Positions 1-9,390 of a stretch of DNA of 32,000 bases are shown here, piece by piece. The position numbers and the translations under genes are program-made. The DNA is taken from contig JADEXK010000019.1 of the NCBI GenBank assembly GCA_015207155.1, positions 18,438-50,437 of the forward strand, read 5' to 3'. Below the pieces are notes generated by a model. It did not search any database. It had not been told where the DNA came from and saw only the letters and a list, made by a program, of their open reading frames with translations. Source of the DNA: Nostocales cyanobacterium LEGE 11386 (lineage in GTDB: Bacteria; Cyanobacteriota; Cyanobacteriia; Cyanobacteriales; Nostocaceae). Within the stretch, counting starts at the first letter, position 1; each line of letters starts with the position of its first letter.

Positions 1-2108
1 ATTTCTAGGATCTTAATTGGTTTTCCAGCATTATCTGTTTGTAAAACCCAACGACTGGCGACACTGATAGGTTGACTATCCCGCCTGAATTGGTTCAGTT
101 CGCCTTCCCAATAGCCTTTTTCTAAAAGTTCTGCTGTAATTTTTGGCAACGGTTGCGGAAATTGAGTTTTCAAGAGAGTATGTGAAATTTGCCCCACAGC
201 CTCGGCTTGCTCCCAGCCATACATATACTCGGCTCCCTTGTTCCAAAAGTTGATCGCCCCATTTAAGTGGCGAGTGATGATGGTATCGTGTGCTAAATCC
301 AGTAGTTGTGCTTGTTCTAAAAGTATGAGTTGGGTTTGTTGCTGCTCTATCACCGTTTTGAGCAAGCGATCATTTGTCTCCTTCAGTTGTGCGGTTCGCT
401 CTACTACCCGTTGCTCAAGTTCAGCATTCAGTTGTTGCAGGACAATCTCGGCTTGTTTGCGTTCGCTAATGTCTCGACAAACGCAGAATCGCAAAATTTC
501 CCCTTCCCACTCCACGACGCTAGCGCTGACTTCTACATCGTATATCGAGCCATCTTTTCGCCGGTGACGAGTTTCCAAGACTCCACTTTTTAAGCTAATG
601 TAATCACACATTAATTGCTGAAGCTGTTCAGGGGTATATTGAGCATCCCAGTCAAAAACATTGAGCTTTGCAGTTTCCTGGGGTGTGTAGCCGAGCATCT
701 GAGCAAATCGAGGATTGGCATCTAACACGTTTCCTTCCATATCTAAAATAACGATGCCATCAAATGAGGTATTAAAGAGTGTCTGAATCCGGAGAGCTTC
801 TTTTGCTAAAGTTTGTTCTGTTTGTTTGCGCTCAGTTAGTTCCGTCTGTATCTGTTCAAATAAAGCAGCCTGTTGGATAGCAATACTCACCTGCGCTCCT
901 AACTGCCGCAGTAGCTCAATTTCTGAGGATTGCCATTCACGAGGAGCTGCACAGTGATGCGCCGCAAGTAATCCCCACAATTCATCTCCCAAGAAAACGG
1001 GAACGACCAAATTGGCCCTGACTTGGAGGCTGGCTAAAAATTCCACATGACAAGGACTGATTCCAGCATGATAAATGTCAGCTTTCGCAGTGACTAACCC
1101 TTGTTTAAAGGGTTCGACGTTCTCTTCACCAATGCAAGGGTCGTAAATTTGGAGTGGTAAAATCGGCATCCATTCCGGTGCAACAGACTCGACAATAATT
1201 CTGCCACCCCAGCCGGGAGAAAATTGAAAGACAGTCACGCGATCGCATCCCAAAAACTGCCGCACTTCATCGACAGTGGTTTGCAAGATATCTTGTAAAT
1301 TAAGCGATCGCCGGATGCGCTGAGTCATTTCCATGACTAAGCGTTGTTGCTCAAATTGCTGTTCCAGCAGTTCTTGTGCTTGTTTGCGATCATCTATGTC
1401 TATGACAGTTCCCATGATGCGGATCGGCTTACCTACTGCATCATAAAACGCCTTTCCTCGTCCCTCAATCCAGTGGATGCTACCATCTGTCCAAATCACA
1501 CGAAACTCACACTGGTAGGTGCTATGAGTTTGCAGTGCCTGTTGTAGTGTTTGGTTGAAGGAAGAGCGATCGTCAGGATGCAGACACTCATCAAAAGTTT
1601 CATATCTACCGTCAAAGCTACCAACAGCCAACCCAAATAATTGTTCGTGTTCTGGTAACCACTTGATTTCTCCTGTCACCAGATTCCAGTCCCACATTCC
1701 CATATGCGCCGCAGATAAAGCCATTCGCAGTTGCTCGGCATTTTCTTGAGCTAGTTGTTGACTCAGTTTTTGAATCTTGTGTTTACTGTTGAGAAAGTTG
1801 CTAGTAAGCAGATTAATGATCAAAGCAACCAGGATAAAAATGCTTAACTGCAATACATCTTTTGCTTGAAAAAGCCAAAGTTGATATCTAGGGGGAAGAA
1901 ATATATAGTTAATTATTAAAATCGAAAAAATAACTGTAACCAACCCTGGACGAAAGCCACCATACCAGGTACTAATAAGAATTGCTATGTAAAAAAAACT
2001 ACCAAGAGTTTCCGATAGAAGCGGTTCTAGCCAGAGTTTGAGTAGGAGGGCGATCGCAGTTGAGCCAATGGCAACACCGTAGGCCAATAATCGCGGATAA
2101 AGTCTCAT
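1..2108 (-). CDS. Membrane-anchored multidomain sensor protein, N-terminal ~700 aa: DUF4118-like TM block, PAS, two-Cys bilin-type GAF, PAS, PAS. The 3' end (presumably a kinase core) lies beyond the left window edge.
   Basis: The ORF is missing from the track only because it runs off the window. My reverse-strand translation from ATG 2108 (MRLYPRLLAYGVAIGSTAIALLLKLWLEPLLSETLGSFFYIAILISTWYGGFRPG...) stays open to position 2. There is a PAS block (MGMWDWNLVTGEIKWLPEHEQLFG...HPDDR...GSIHWIEGRGKAFYD). The GAF block at nt ~860-1330 reads CDRVTVFQFSPGWGGRIIVESVAPEW...IYDPCIGEE...ADIYHAGISPCHVEFLASLQVRANLVVPVFLGDELWGLLAAHHCAAPREWQ. Two further PAS blocks follow. The start lies 23 nt after the stop of the regulator gene upstream, which looks like an operon. 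Confidence 0.85.
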   Translation of the reverse strand, partial: MRLYPRLLAYGVAIGSTAIALLLKLWLEPLLSETLGSFFYIAILISTWYGGFRPGLVTVIFSILIINYIFLPPRYQLWLFQAKDVLQLSIFILVALIINLLTSNFLNSKHKIQKLSQQLAQENAEQLRMALSAAHMGMWDWNLVTGEIKWLPEHEQLFGLAVGSFDGRYETFDECLHPDDRSSFNQTLQQALQTHSTYQCEFRVIWTDGSIHWIEGRGKAFYDAVGKPIRIMGTVIDIDDRKQAQELLEQQFEQQRLVMEMTQRIRRSLNLQDILQTTVDEVRQFLGCDRVTVFQFSPGWGGRIIVESVAPEWMPILPLQIYDPCIGEENVEPFKQGLVTAKADIYHAGISPCHVEFLASLQVRANLVVPVFLGDELWGLLAAHHCAAPREWQSSEIELLRQLGAQVSIAIQQAALFEQIQTELTERKQTEQTLAKEALRIQTLFNTSFDGIVILDMEGNVLDANPRFAQMLGYTPQETAKLNVFDWDAQYTPEQLQQLMCDYISLKSGVLETRHRRKDGSIYDVEVSASVVEWEGEILRFCVCRDISERKQAEIVLQQLNAELEQRVVERTAQLKETNDRLLKTVIEQQQTQLILLEQAQLLDLAHDTIITRHLNGAINFWNKGAEYMYGWEQAEAVGQISHTLLKTQFPQPLPKITAELLEKGYWEGELNQFRRDSQPISVASRWVLQTDNAGKPIKILE

Positions 2109-2130
2109 GATTCTTTCCCCTGCTTCTGTA

Positions 2131-3996
2131 TCAAATCAGCTTTGGGTTATAACGCGATCGCCTTCTTTCAATGCGGCTCAGTACCCGTGTGACAATTTCC
2201 GGGACTAGCACTGGCTTGGTGATAAAATCATCGGCTCCAGCAGCAAAGGCTTGCTGAAGGGATTCAGCACTAGTATGGGCTGTCACCACCAAAATAGGTA
2301 AATCTCCCCACTGGGTATCTTGCCGCACGACTTGACATAACTCTAAACCGTTAACTATGGGCATTTCTAAATCTAACACCACCAAGTCTGGAGATGTTGC
2401 CGTCATTACTTGCCAAAATTGCTGCGGTTGCGAGAGAGTTGTCACCTCCAATCCCCACGGAGTGAGTAAGGCTGATAAGCCAGTCAAGATTACAGGGTCA
2501 TCATCTACAATTAAGACTTTGGCATCTGTGGCTTTGGGTTGAGATAAGACACGAGCGATCGCTTGAAAAATTTGCTCGGTGGTCGCAGGCTTATGCAAAA
2601 ATTGTCTTGCGCCTAAGCGTGACACAGCCAATCGGTCGGCGAGGCTATCCCGCCCAGTAAAAACAACAATTGGTAGGTCAGGTAGTTGCTTTGCTAGTTC
2701 CCGCAGCAGTGTTAATCCATTTTCTTCTGTACCAGGAAAGCTCAAATCCAGTAAAATTGCGTCAGGAGTTGCCAAAGTTAAGCGCGATCGCGCAGTTTTT
2801 AAATCAGGCGCAATTTTCAATCGCATTCCCCAGGCGTCTGCTTCTGCCAACAACCGCCCCGTCAGCATCGCATCATCATCAATCACCAACACGCGATGAG
2901 TCTGACGCAGGGGGGTAGGTTGAGTATTAACGGTAACAGGCGGCTTTGTTAGCTCTTGTTGTAATGCTGTCACCAGTTGAGAAAATCTAGTAATTTCATC
3001 ATTTATTAAGGTGCGATTATATATCAGTAATTGCTCTAATTCCCATGCCAGCTTAGAACCTTCTGGATAGCCGAACGATCCCATCGAACCTGCTAACTTG
3101 TGAGCTTCATGTAATGCCTGTTGCTGTAATTCCTGGTGTAATTTCTCAGCCACAAGTGCTATTTTTGCTTGTTCTAACACCGCCACCTGTTGACCAAAGG
3201 AATCACGGAATCGTTCTAAGACTCGATTAACAGAGGTTAAATCTTGAGTGCGGGGTTTTTTTTGAGTATCCTGCTGTGCTGAAGTTTCCACATGAGCAGC
3301 TAGAGAATTTTCTGGAGCTGGCTTGACGCGATAGCCCATTCCATAGACTGTTTCCAGAATGTCTTCGGTGAATCCTCTGGCTTTGAGTTTCTTACGTAAG
3401 TCTTTAATATGAGTTGTCACAGCATGTTCAATCGGTGCATCATCAAATCCCCAAAGCTTATCTAAAATCATCCTGCGGCTAAAGATGCGATTGGGGTTTT
3501 GCAAAAACAATTCCAGTAGTTTGTATTCTGTTGCTGTGAGTGGAATTATCTGCTCATTACAAGCTACTTTACCAGATATTTGGTCTAAACAAAGATTTCC
3601 CCAAGCTAACGCAGATGGTGCAATTGTCCCACTCCGGCGTAATAAAGACCGGATTTTTGCCAGCAATGCTTGCGAGTCGTAGGGCTTAATGACGTAATCA
3701 TCTGCTCCAGCATCTAATCCTTCTATGATGTTTGCATTGCAATTTTTGGCAGTTAGTAGCAGAATTGGTTTGTTGTAGCCATGCGATCGCAGTTGCCGAC
3801 ACAAGGCAATACCATCCAGTTTCGGCATCAGCCAGTCCAGTAAAATTAAATCATATTCAGCCGACATCACCAGGTCTAACCCAGTTTCACCATCGTTAGC
3901 TAAATCAATAATGTAATGATTCGCTCTCAGTAAATCTGCCAGTGCAGTACTGAGTAATATGTCATCTTCTACCAACAAAATTTTCATGAGCGACAC
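2131..3996 (-). CDS. RcaC-like multidomain response regulator: REC, OmpR-type winged helix, HPt, REC, REC
   Basis: 621-aa ORF. REC1: MKILLVEDD...DLILLDWLMPKLDG...LLLTA...VIKP. OmpR-type wHTH: LTATEYKLLELFLQNPNRIFSRRMILDKLWGFD...YGMGYRVKP. HPt-like helix with an HKLAGS motif: ALHEAHKLAGSMGSFGY. REC2: VLVIDDD...AILLDLSFPG...VVFTG...LHKP. REC3: VLIVDDD...LVVLDLEMP...LVVTA...ITKP. The domain order matches RcaC of Fremyella diplosiphon as I recall it. Confidence 0.9.
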   Translation of the reverse strand: MSLMKILLVEDDILLSTALADLLRANHYIIDLANDGETGLDLVMSAEYDLILLDWLMPKLDGIALCRQLRSHGYNKPILLLTAKNCNANIIEGLDAGADDYVIKPYDSQALLAKIRSLLRRSGTIAPSALAWGNLCLDQISGKVACNEQIIPLTATEYKLLELFLQNPNRIFSRRMILDKLWGFDDAPIEHAVTTHIKDLRKKLKARGFTEDILETVYGMGYRVKPAPENSLAAHVETSAQQDTQKKPRTQDLTSVNRVLERFRDSFGQQVAVLEQAKIALVAEKLHQELQQQALHEAHKLAGSMGSFGYPEGSKLAWELEQLLIYNRTLINDEITRFSQLVTALQQELTKPPVTVNTQPTPLRQTHRVLVIDDDAMLTGRLLAEADAWGMRLKIAPDLKTARSRLTLATPDAILLDLSFPGTEENGLTLLRELAKQLPDLPIVVFTGRDSLADRLAVSRLGARQFLHKPATTEQIFQAIARVLSQPKATDAKVLIVDDDPVILTGLSALLTPWGLEVTTLSQPQQFWQVMTATSPDLVVLDLEMPIVNGLELCQVVRQDTQWGDLPILVVTAHTSAESLQQAFAAGADDFITKPVLVPEIVTRVLSRIERRRSRYNPKLI

Positions 3997-4262
3997 CCTG
4001 GAAGATTGCTTATGACAACTTCACTACATCTGGCCTTGTCTTCCGCCCAATCGTGCTTGTGTTTTATCTATATACATCATTACATGCTAAACAGTAAATT
4101 AAGGGTTTTAGCTTCTAAAAACTTTTGTAGTATTCATCATAATTAATTTTCAAACTTGATAGCGTGCGATCGCACCAGAGATACTGTTCAGTTAGGGACA
4201 ATTAAAGTATCACCTGTTGTATGTTCTTGTAAGAGTCTGTAAAGCCGAGGCTAGATATTCAG

Positions 4263-5693
4263 ATGTTTGCATCAACTATTACCAAACCAGAAGAACGCCA
4301 TGCTCTTGTTATTGGGGGAAGTATTGCTGGACTGTTAGTAGCTCAAGTACTGACCAAATACTTTCATCGGGTAACAATTATCGAACGAGATTATTTAAGC
4401 TCTCAACCTGAACAGCGCCCTGGTGTACCCCAAGCTCATCACCTCCACGTCCTACTCAAACGGGGTCTGGATATTATTGAACAGCTTTTTCCAGGCATTC
4501 AAACTGAATTAGCAGCATCTGGCGCACTTGCCATTAACGCCAGCGCCGATTACCTGTGGTATGGGTTAGGTGGATGGTCACCCCGGTGTAGTTCCGATTT
4601 GAACGTCTACAGCTTAAGTCGGAATTTGCTCGAATCCATGATCCGCCGTCGTTTAGCTACTAACAACCGTGTTGTATTTGTGCAAGCCGCAACTGTGACT
4701 AATTTGCTGTCTAACCCCGAAAAAACTCAGGTTACGGGTGTGCAGGTACGCCAAAAACTTGATGATAGGCAAGATACTTCCCCTAAACAAACAGATTTCA
4801 CTGCTGATTTGGTAGTAGATGCTAGTGGCCGCAATTCTCGCGCTCCTCAGTGGTTAGAGGCCATGGGTTATGCACCACCAAAAGAAACTGTGATTAATTC
4901 CTTTTTAGGCTATGCTAGTCGCTTATATCAAATCCCAGAAAACTTTCAGGCTGATTGGCAAGGTGCATTAGTTACAGCAAAAGCGCCAGGCACACGCGGC
5001 GGTGTGATATCTGCGGTCGAAGGAAATCGTTGGGTAGTCACACTTGCTGGAATTGGTCGAGATTATCCACCTACTGACGATGCTGGCTTTTTAGACTTTG
5101 CTCGTAGCTTACGCAATCCAATTATCTACGAAGCCATCAAAAGTGCCCCAGCCATTTCGCCTATTTATGCCTATCACCGCACGGAAAATAGTTGGCGTCA
5201 CTATGAAAAACTGTCGAGGTTACCGTCAGGATTTGTGCTAGTCGGTGATGCGGTTTGTGCCTTCAATCCCGTCTATGGACAAGGTATGACTACTGCGGCT
5301 TTAGGTGCATTGACCTTAGACGAGTGTTTAAACAAGCAATTATCTCACCATGCTGATGGCAATTTAATCGGGCTATCCCAAAGCTTTCAAAAGCAATTGA
5401 GCAAAATCATTGCTGTCCCCTGGTTGATGGCGACAGGTGAAGATTTTCGTTGGCAGACTACTGTGGGGGGACGACCCAATTTGCTGACACAACTCATGCA
5501 GATGTATCTAGATCAAGTGTTGCTGCTGGCTGCTGAAAGTGCTGAAATCCATAGGCTTTTCTTAGAAGTGATGCATTTACTTAAACCACCCAGTGTTTTT
5601 TTTCATCCTCATGTCTGCTCTCAGGTGTTCAAGCGAATCATTAACAAGAGTGATAAAAAGTGGAGAAGAAGTGAGGTAATCTATCCCTCATAA
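4263..5693 (+). CDS. FAD-dependent oxidoreductase, class A flavoprotein monooxygenase-like
   Basis: 476-aa ORF with a dinucleotide-binding GxGxxG (VIGGSIAGLLVAQVL), a DG motif (DLVVDASGRNS) and a GD motif (GDAVCAFNPVYGQGM). It is transcribed divergently from the regulator gene. Confidence 0.85.
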   Translation: MFASTITKPEERHALVIGGSIAGLLVAQVLTKYFHRVTIIERDYLSSQPEQRPGVPQAHHLHVLLKRGLDIIEQLFPGIQTELAASGALAINASADYLWYGLGGWSPRCSSDLNVYSLSRNLLESMIRRRLATNNRVVFVQAATVTNLLSNPEKTQVTGVQVRQKLDDRQDTSPKQTDFTADLVVDASGRNSRAPQWLEAMGYAPPKETVINSFLGYASRLYQIPENFQADWQGALVTAKAPGTRGGVISAVEGNRWVVTLAGIGRDYPPTDDAGFLDFARSLRNPIIYEAIKSAPAISPIYAYHRTENSWRHYEKLSRLPSGFVLVGDAVCAFNPVYGQGMTTAALGALTLDECLNKQLSHHADGNLIGLSQSFQKQLSKIIAVPWLMATGEDFRWQTTVGGRPNLLTQLMQMYLDQVLLLAAESAEIHRLFLEVMHLLKPPSVFFHPHVCSQVFKRIINKSDKKWRRSEVIYPS

Positions 5694-5906
5694 AACTCAG
5701 CCCTCTGTTTCAGTGACTCGGCTGATATATCGATTAAAACTGCCACCGGAAAGTTTTGGCAGTCAAATTGCCACAATGTCACCTGATTTTCATCGCCTCA
5801 ATTCATTCCGTAAAATTACTCCCATAAAAATAGAAAAAACTGAAACACTTGCTTTATTCTCCCTCTATATAGTACATTTGTTCTTACGTATCCTGGTTCT
5901 GATTTT

Positions 5907-5935
5907 CCCCACCTCATCCGTGGGGTTTTTGTTTG
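5907..5935 (+). terminator. Rho-independent terminator-like hairpin
   Basis: CCCCAC (5907-5912), loop CTCATCC, GTGGGG (5920-5925), followed by TTTTTGTTTG. It sits 214 nt downstream of the oxidoreductase stop codon. Confidence 0.55.
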
Positions 5936-6038
5936 TCTTCTGAGTTGATGCGACAACAACCATTGAGCAACTATAGCAAAGTGCTGTAAAGCCCTGCGGG
6001 CATGGCTGCGCTTATAGCCCGTGCTGAGTGTTAACCCA

Positions 6039-6358
6039 ACGTGAGTTCGACAAGTGGAAAAAACCCCTCTCCAAACCTCTCCTCTGCCAGGCTATGGTGT
6101 ACCCACAAGTCTTCATCTTTTCCCCTCTGTGCCCTCTGCGTCCTCTGCGGTTAATGATTTTTTGAAACCACAGAGGCGCAGAGAACGCAGAGTAAGGAGT
6201 TTCGAGAGTTATTCTTTCTCATTTGTAGAGATGTGTGCACACGGTAGCCCCTGCCAGGAGAGAGGCTTTGAAACCTTGATTTTTAGTTGAAAATCAGGGA
6301 GATTTTTGCCCCTCTCCGTGTCGGAGAGGGGTTGGGGTGAGGTTCATCGAATTCACGT
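6039..6358. mobile_element. MITE copy A (320 bp) carrying a nested 160-bp secondary insertion
   Basis: Terminal inverted repeats are ACGTGAGTTCGA (6039-6050) and TCGAATTCACGT (6347-6358). A 7-bp direct repeat TAACCCA flanks the element at 6032-6038 and 6359-6365. The subterminal inverted repeat is AACCCCTCTCCAAACCTCTCC / GGAGAGGGGTTGGGGTGAGGTT. The backbone is near-identical to the copy at 20817-21015. The inner element at 6091-6250 is flanked by the direct repeat CTGCCAGG (6083-6090 and 6251-6258). Confidence 0.8.
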
Positions 6359-6599
6359 TAACCCAGTAGCTTCATTGCTCTGAGCAATTAACACTGTCCT
6401 AACCTATGTGACTACAGCTATAACTATCCCTCGCTACGCGGTGAGCGCAGCTATGCGCTTTTAAGGGTATATACTAGGAAGTCGCGTGAGACCAAGACCG
6501 CACTTGCTCCACCCTGCGGTCAGCCGTAGCAGCGTCTACAGCACTCCCCTGCGACTTCGCTCAGGGTAAGAATTGCACTCAGCACTCATTAAATCAGCC

Positions 6600-7823
6600 T
6601 TATCGTTCTGCTGGTAAAGGTGCAGGACTAACTACTACTTGAGCAATTCGCCCATTACGTTCCACTTGTATTTGTAAAGGGTTACCGATTGTGCTGTTTT
6701 CTACAAGCTTTTGCACTTCTTCAATTTTGGTAACAGGTTGGTTATTAATGCTTTGAATTACATCACCAGGCCGTAGTCCAGCAACCGATGCTGGAGAGCG
6801 AGGCACGATACTCACCAATAAAACGCCTTGATCTGCTGTAAGATTAACGCGATCGCCTGCTCTAGTATTAATTCTTTCTTTCAGTTCTGGTGTCAACGTC
6901 ACCATTTGAATGCCCAAGTAAGGATGATCAACCCTACCTTTAGCAATTAATTCTTGGGAAATTCTTTGCACTGTATTAATGGGAATGGCAAATCCTAACC
7001 CTTGTGCGCCTCGGATAATTGCTGTGTTCATCCCAATTACTTCACCTCTGACATTGAGTAATGGCCCGCCAGAGTTACCAGGGTTAATCGCCGCATCCGT
7101 TTGAATATAGTCAACACGCTTGTCACTCACCCCAATATCACTACTAGAGCGACCAGTAGCGCTAATAATCCCCGAAGTAACTGTATTATTGAGTCCTAAA
7201 GGATTGCCAATGGCAATTACTGCTTCTCCCGGTTGCAAGACATCAGAATTACCTACAGGTAAGATTGGCAGATTATTGGCATCAATTTGAATTAAAGCCA
7301 CATCAGTAACCGGATCTTCACCCAGTACTCTGCCATCATAAGTCCTGCCATCCTTCAGGGTAACAGTTACAGAGTCAGCGCCATCGACCACATGGGAATT
7401 AGTTAAGATTTGACCTGAGGAGTTAATAATAAATCCAGAACCACTACCCTGCTCAACTCGCTCTCTAGGCTGTGATGGCTCTATATCGCCAAAAAACCGC
7501 CGGAAAAAACGATCTTCTGGTAAACGAGAAGTTACGGTTCTAGATGCATCAATCCGCACTACTGCATCTCCCACCTTTTGAACTACTGCGACCACAAAGT
7601 TAGGATCTCCAGATGCGGAAATAATTGCTGGGGGAGTAATTGCCGGACTGTTATTATTTGTATTTTGGGTTCCCACCTGAGGCTCATTGGTTTTGGCAGG
7701 TAGAAGCGAGCAGCCCCCCAGGGACACCACTGCTACCCCACTTACTAGCACCAACTTGATCATGTGGGGCCAACCCCAGGTATCAATATTGTGGACTCTC
7801 AAGTCATGCTCTTTTGTCTTCAT
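6600..7823 (-). CDS. HtrA/DegP-family periplasmic serine protease (trypsin-like domain plus PDZ)
   Basis: 407-aa ORF with the catalytic triad context TNSHVV, DVALIQ and GNSGGPLLN, and a C-terminal PDZ (GLRPGDVIQSINNQPV). The N-terminal hydrophobic segment ends in a lipobox-like LGGC. An alternative start at Met21 (nt 7763) is possible. Confidence 0.9.
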   Translation of the reverse strand: MKTKEHDLRVHNIDTWGWPHMIKLVLVSGVAVVSLGGCSLLPAKTNEPQVGTQNTNNNSPAITPPAIISASGDPNFVVAVVQKVGDAVVRIDASRTVTSRLPEDRFFRRFFGDIEPSQPRERVEQGSGSGFIINSSGQILTNSHVVDGADSVTVTLKDGRTYDGRVLGEDPVTDVALIQIDANNLPILPVGNSDVLQPGEAVIAIGNPLGLNNTVTSGIISATGRSSSDIGVSDKRVDYIQTDAAINPGNSGGPLLNVRGEVIGMNTAIIRGAQGLGFAIPINTVQRISQELIAKGRVDHPYLGIQMVTLTPELKERINTRAGDRVNLTADQGVLLVSIVPRSPASVAGLRPGDVIQSINNQPVTKIEEVQKLVENSTIGNPLQIQVERNGRIAQVVVSPAPLPAER

Positions 7824-7992
7824 GTGTCTTTACTTCTCCGTGCTAGTCAGTGGGTGGTAGAATCTTGCCTACCGGGTTTGTCCCAGAATGATGACAACTC
7901 TCAAGCTCATTTTCTGTCCATAACTTCTAAATATTAAATTAGTACGTGTTGATATCTTCTATTGTGATGATTAGCAGCCAAGGTGGTAAATA

Positions 7993-9375
7993 ATGGAAAT
8001 TCCCATTGACAGTCTGTGGAATCAGGTGTTAGAGCGCTTACAGCTAGAACTATCCCGTCCCACCTTTGAAACTTGGATCAAAACTGCTAATGCGGAGCGA
8101 TTAGAAAATAACTGCTTGATAATAATTACTCCTAACCCTTTTGCTCGTAATTGGTTACAAAAATATTACATCAACACGATCGCTCATGTAGTGCAAGACA
8201 TTTTGGGTCATCCTGTAGAAATCTATATTACTGTTGCTCAGGGTGATGGAATTACCCATTTGGGAGAACGAGATGCTGCTTGGGAGTTACCTAACCCAAG
8301 TATCATCGCTGAAACTGTGCCCCAAAAAAAGCAACCCACTACTGATTTAAACTCTAAATATGTATTTTCGCGATTTGTTGTTGGTGCTAACAATCGGATG
8401 GCTCACGCCGCATCCTTGGCTGTGGCGGAATCTCCAGGGCGGGAGTTTAATCCTTTATTTTTATGCGGTGGTGTCGGCTTGGGCAAAACCCATCTGATGC
8501 AAGCTATTGGTCATTATCGCCGGGAAATTTGCCCAGATTCCAAAATATTTTATGTGTCCACAGAGCAATTTACTAACGACTTAATTACAGCCATTCGCAA
8601 TGATAGTATGCAAAGTTTCCGGGAGCATTACCGAGCGGCTGATGTGTTGTTAGTAGATGATATTCAGTTTATTGAAGGTAAAGAATATACCCAAGAAGAA
8701 TTTTTTCATACTTTTAACACATTACATGAAGCTGGTAAGCAAGTAGTCATAGCTTCCGACCGTCCCCCTAATCAAATTCCTCGATTACAAGAACGTCTGT
8801 GTTCCCGGTTTTCTATGGGTTTAATTGCTGATGTGCAAACTCCAGATTTAGAAACTAGGATGGCAATTCTTCAGAAAAAAGCTGAGTACGAAAATATTCG
8901 CCTCCCCAGAGATGTAATTGAGTATATTGCTTCTAACTACACTTCTAATATTCGCGAGTTGGAAGGAGCCTTAATTCGGGCACTAGCTTATATTTCTATT
9001 TGGGGTTTACCAATGACAGTAGAAAATATCACACCAGTTTTAGAAACACAAAGCGAAAAAGTAGAAGCTACTCCAGAAACGATTTTAGCAGTTGTTGCTG
9101 ATACTTTTGATGTCTCAATTGAAGACCTGAAAAGTAACTCACGGCGGCGAGAAATTAGTTGGGCACGTCAAATAGGTATGTATTTAATGCGCCAACGGAC
9201 TGATCTGAGTTTACCGAGAATTGGTGAAGAGTTTGGTGGTAAAGATCATACAACGGTAATTTATAGTTGTGACAAAATTGCCCAACTCCAAGAAAGCGAT
9301 CGCACTTTAGCACAAACCCTCCGTCAATTGAGCGATCGCATCAATATGACTAGTCGTTCTCAAAAATCAACTTAA
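7993..9375 (+). CDS. dnaA: Chromosomal replication initiator protein DnaA
   Basis: 460-aa ORF with Walker [11 protein letters not shown], Walker B LLVDDIQF and a C-terminal DnaA-box-binding domain ([14 protein letters not shown]). A DnaA-box cluster and dnaN follow it. Confidence 0.97.
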   Translation: MEIPIDSLWNQVLERLQLELSRPTFETWIKTANAERLENNCLIIITPNPFARNWLQKYYINTIAHVVQDILGHPVEIYITVAQGDGITHLGERDAAWELPNPSIIAETVPQKKQPTTDLNSKYVFSRFVVGANNRMAHAASLAVAESPGREFNPLFLCGGVGLGKTHLMQAIGHYRREICPDSKIFYVSTEQFTNDLITAIRNDSMQSFREHYRAADVLLVDDIQFIEGKEYTQEEFFHTFNTLHEAGKQVVIASDRPPNQIPRLQERLCSRFSMGLIADVQTPDLETRMAILQKKAEYENIRLPRDVIEYIASNYTSNIRELEGALIRALAYISIWGLPMTVENITPVLETQSEKVEATPETILAVVADTFDVSIEDLKSNSRRREISWARQIGMYLMRQRTDLSLPRIGEEFGGKDHTTVIYSCDKIAQLQESDRTLAQTLRQLSDRINMTSRSQKST

Positions 9376-9390
9376 ATTCTCAAAAAATTG

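Noticed and set aside
238-1749. Plus-strand ORFs at 238-567, 330-593, 1344-1547 and 1555-1749
   Set aside because: All lie antisense inside the long, motif-rich minus-strand sensor gene (1-2108). Their Cys/Ser-rich, low-complexity translations are typical of antisense frames.
2357-3682. Plus-strand ORFs at 2357-2542, 2579-2899, 2670-2918 and 3485-3682
   Set aside because: They are antisense to the well-supported RcaC-like regulator gene and have no motifs.
5713-5943. 76-aa ORF downstream of the oxidoreductase gene
   Set aside because: It starts at a non-ATG codon, reads straight through a strong terminator hairpin and has no recognisable features. I treated the region as a non-coding UTR or sRNA candidate.
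6054-6290. 78-aa ORF, and its counterparts at 20786-21019 and 20794-20979
   Set aside because: These lie entirely within MITE copies. The reading frames are artefacts of the repeat sequence.
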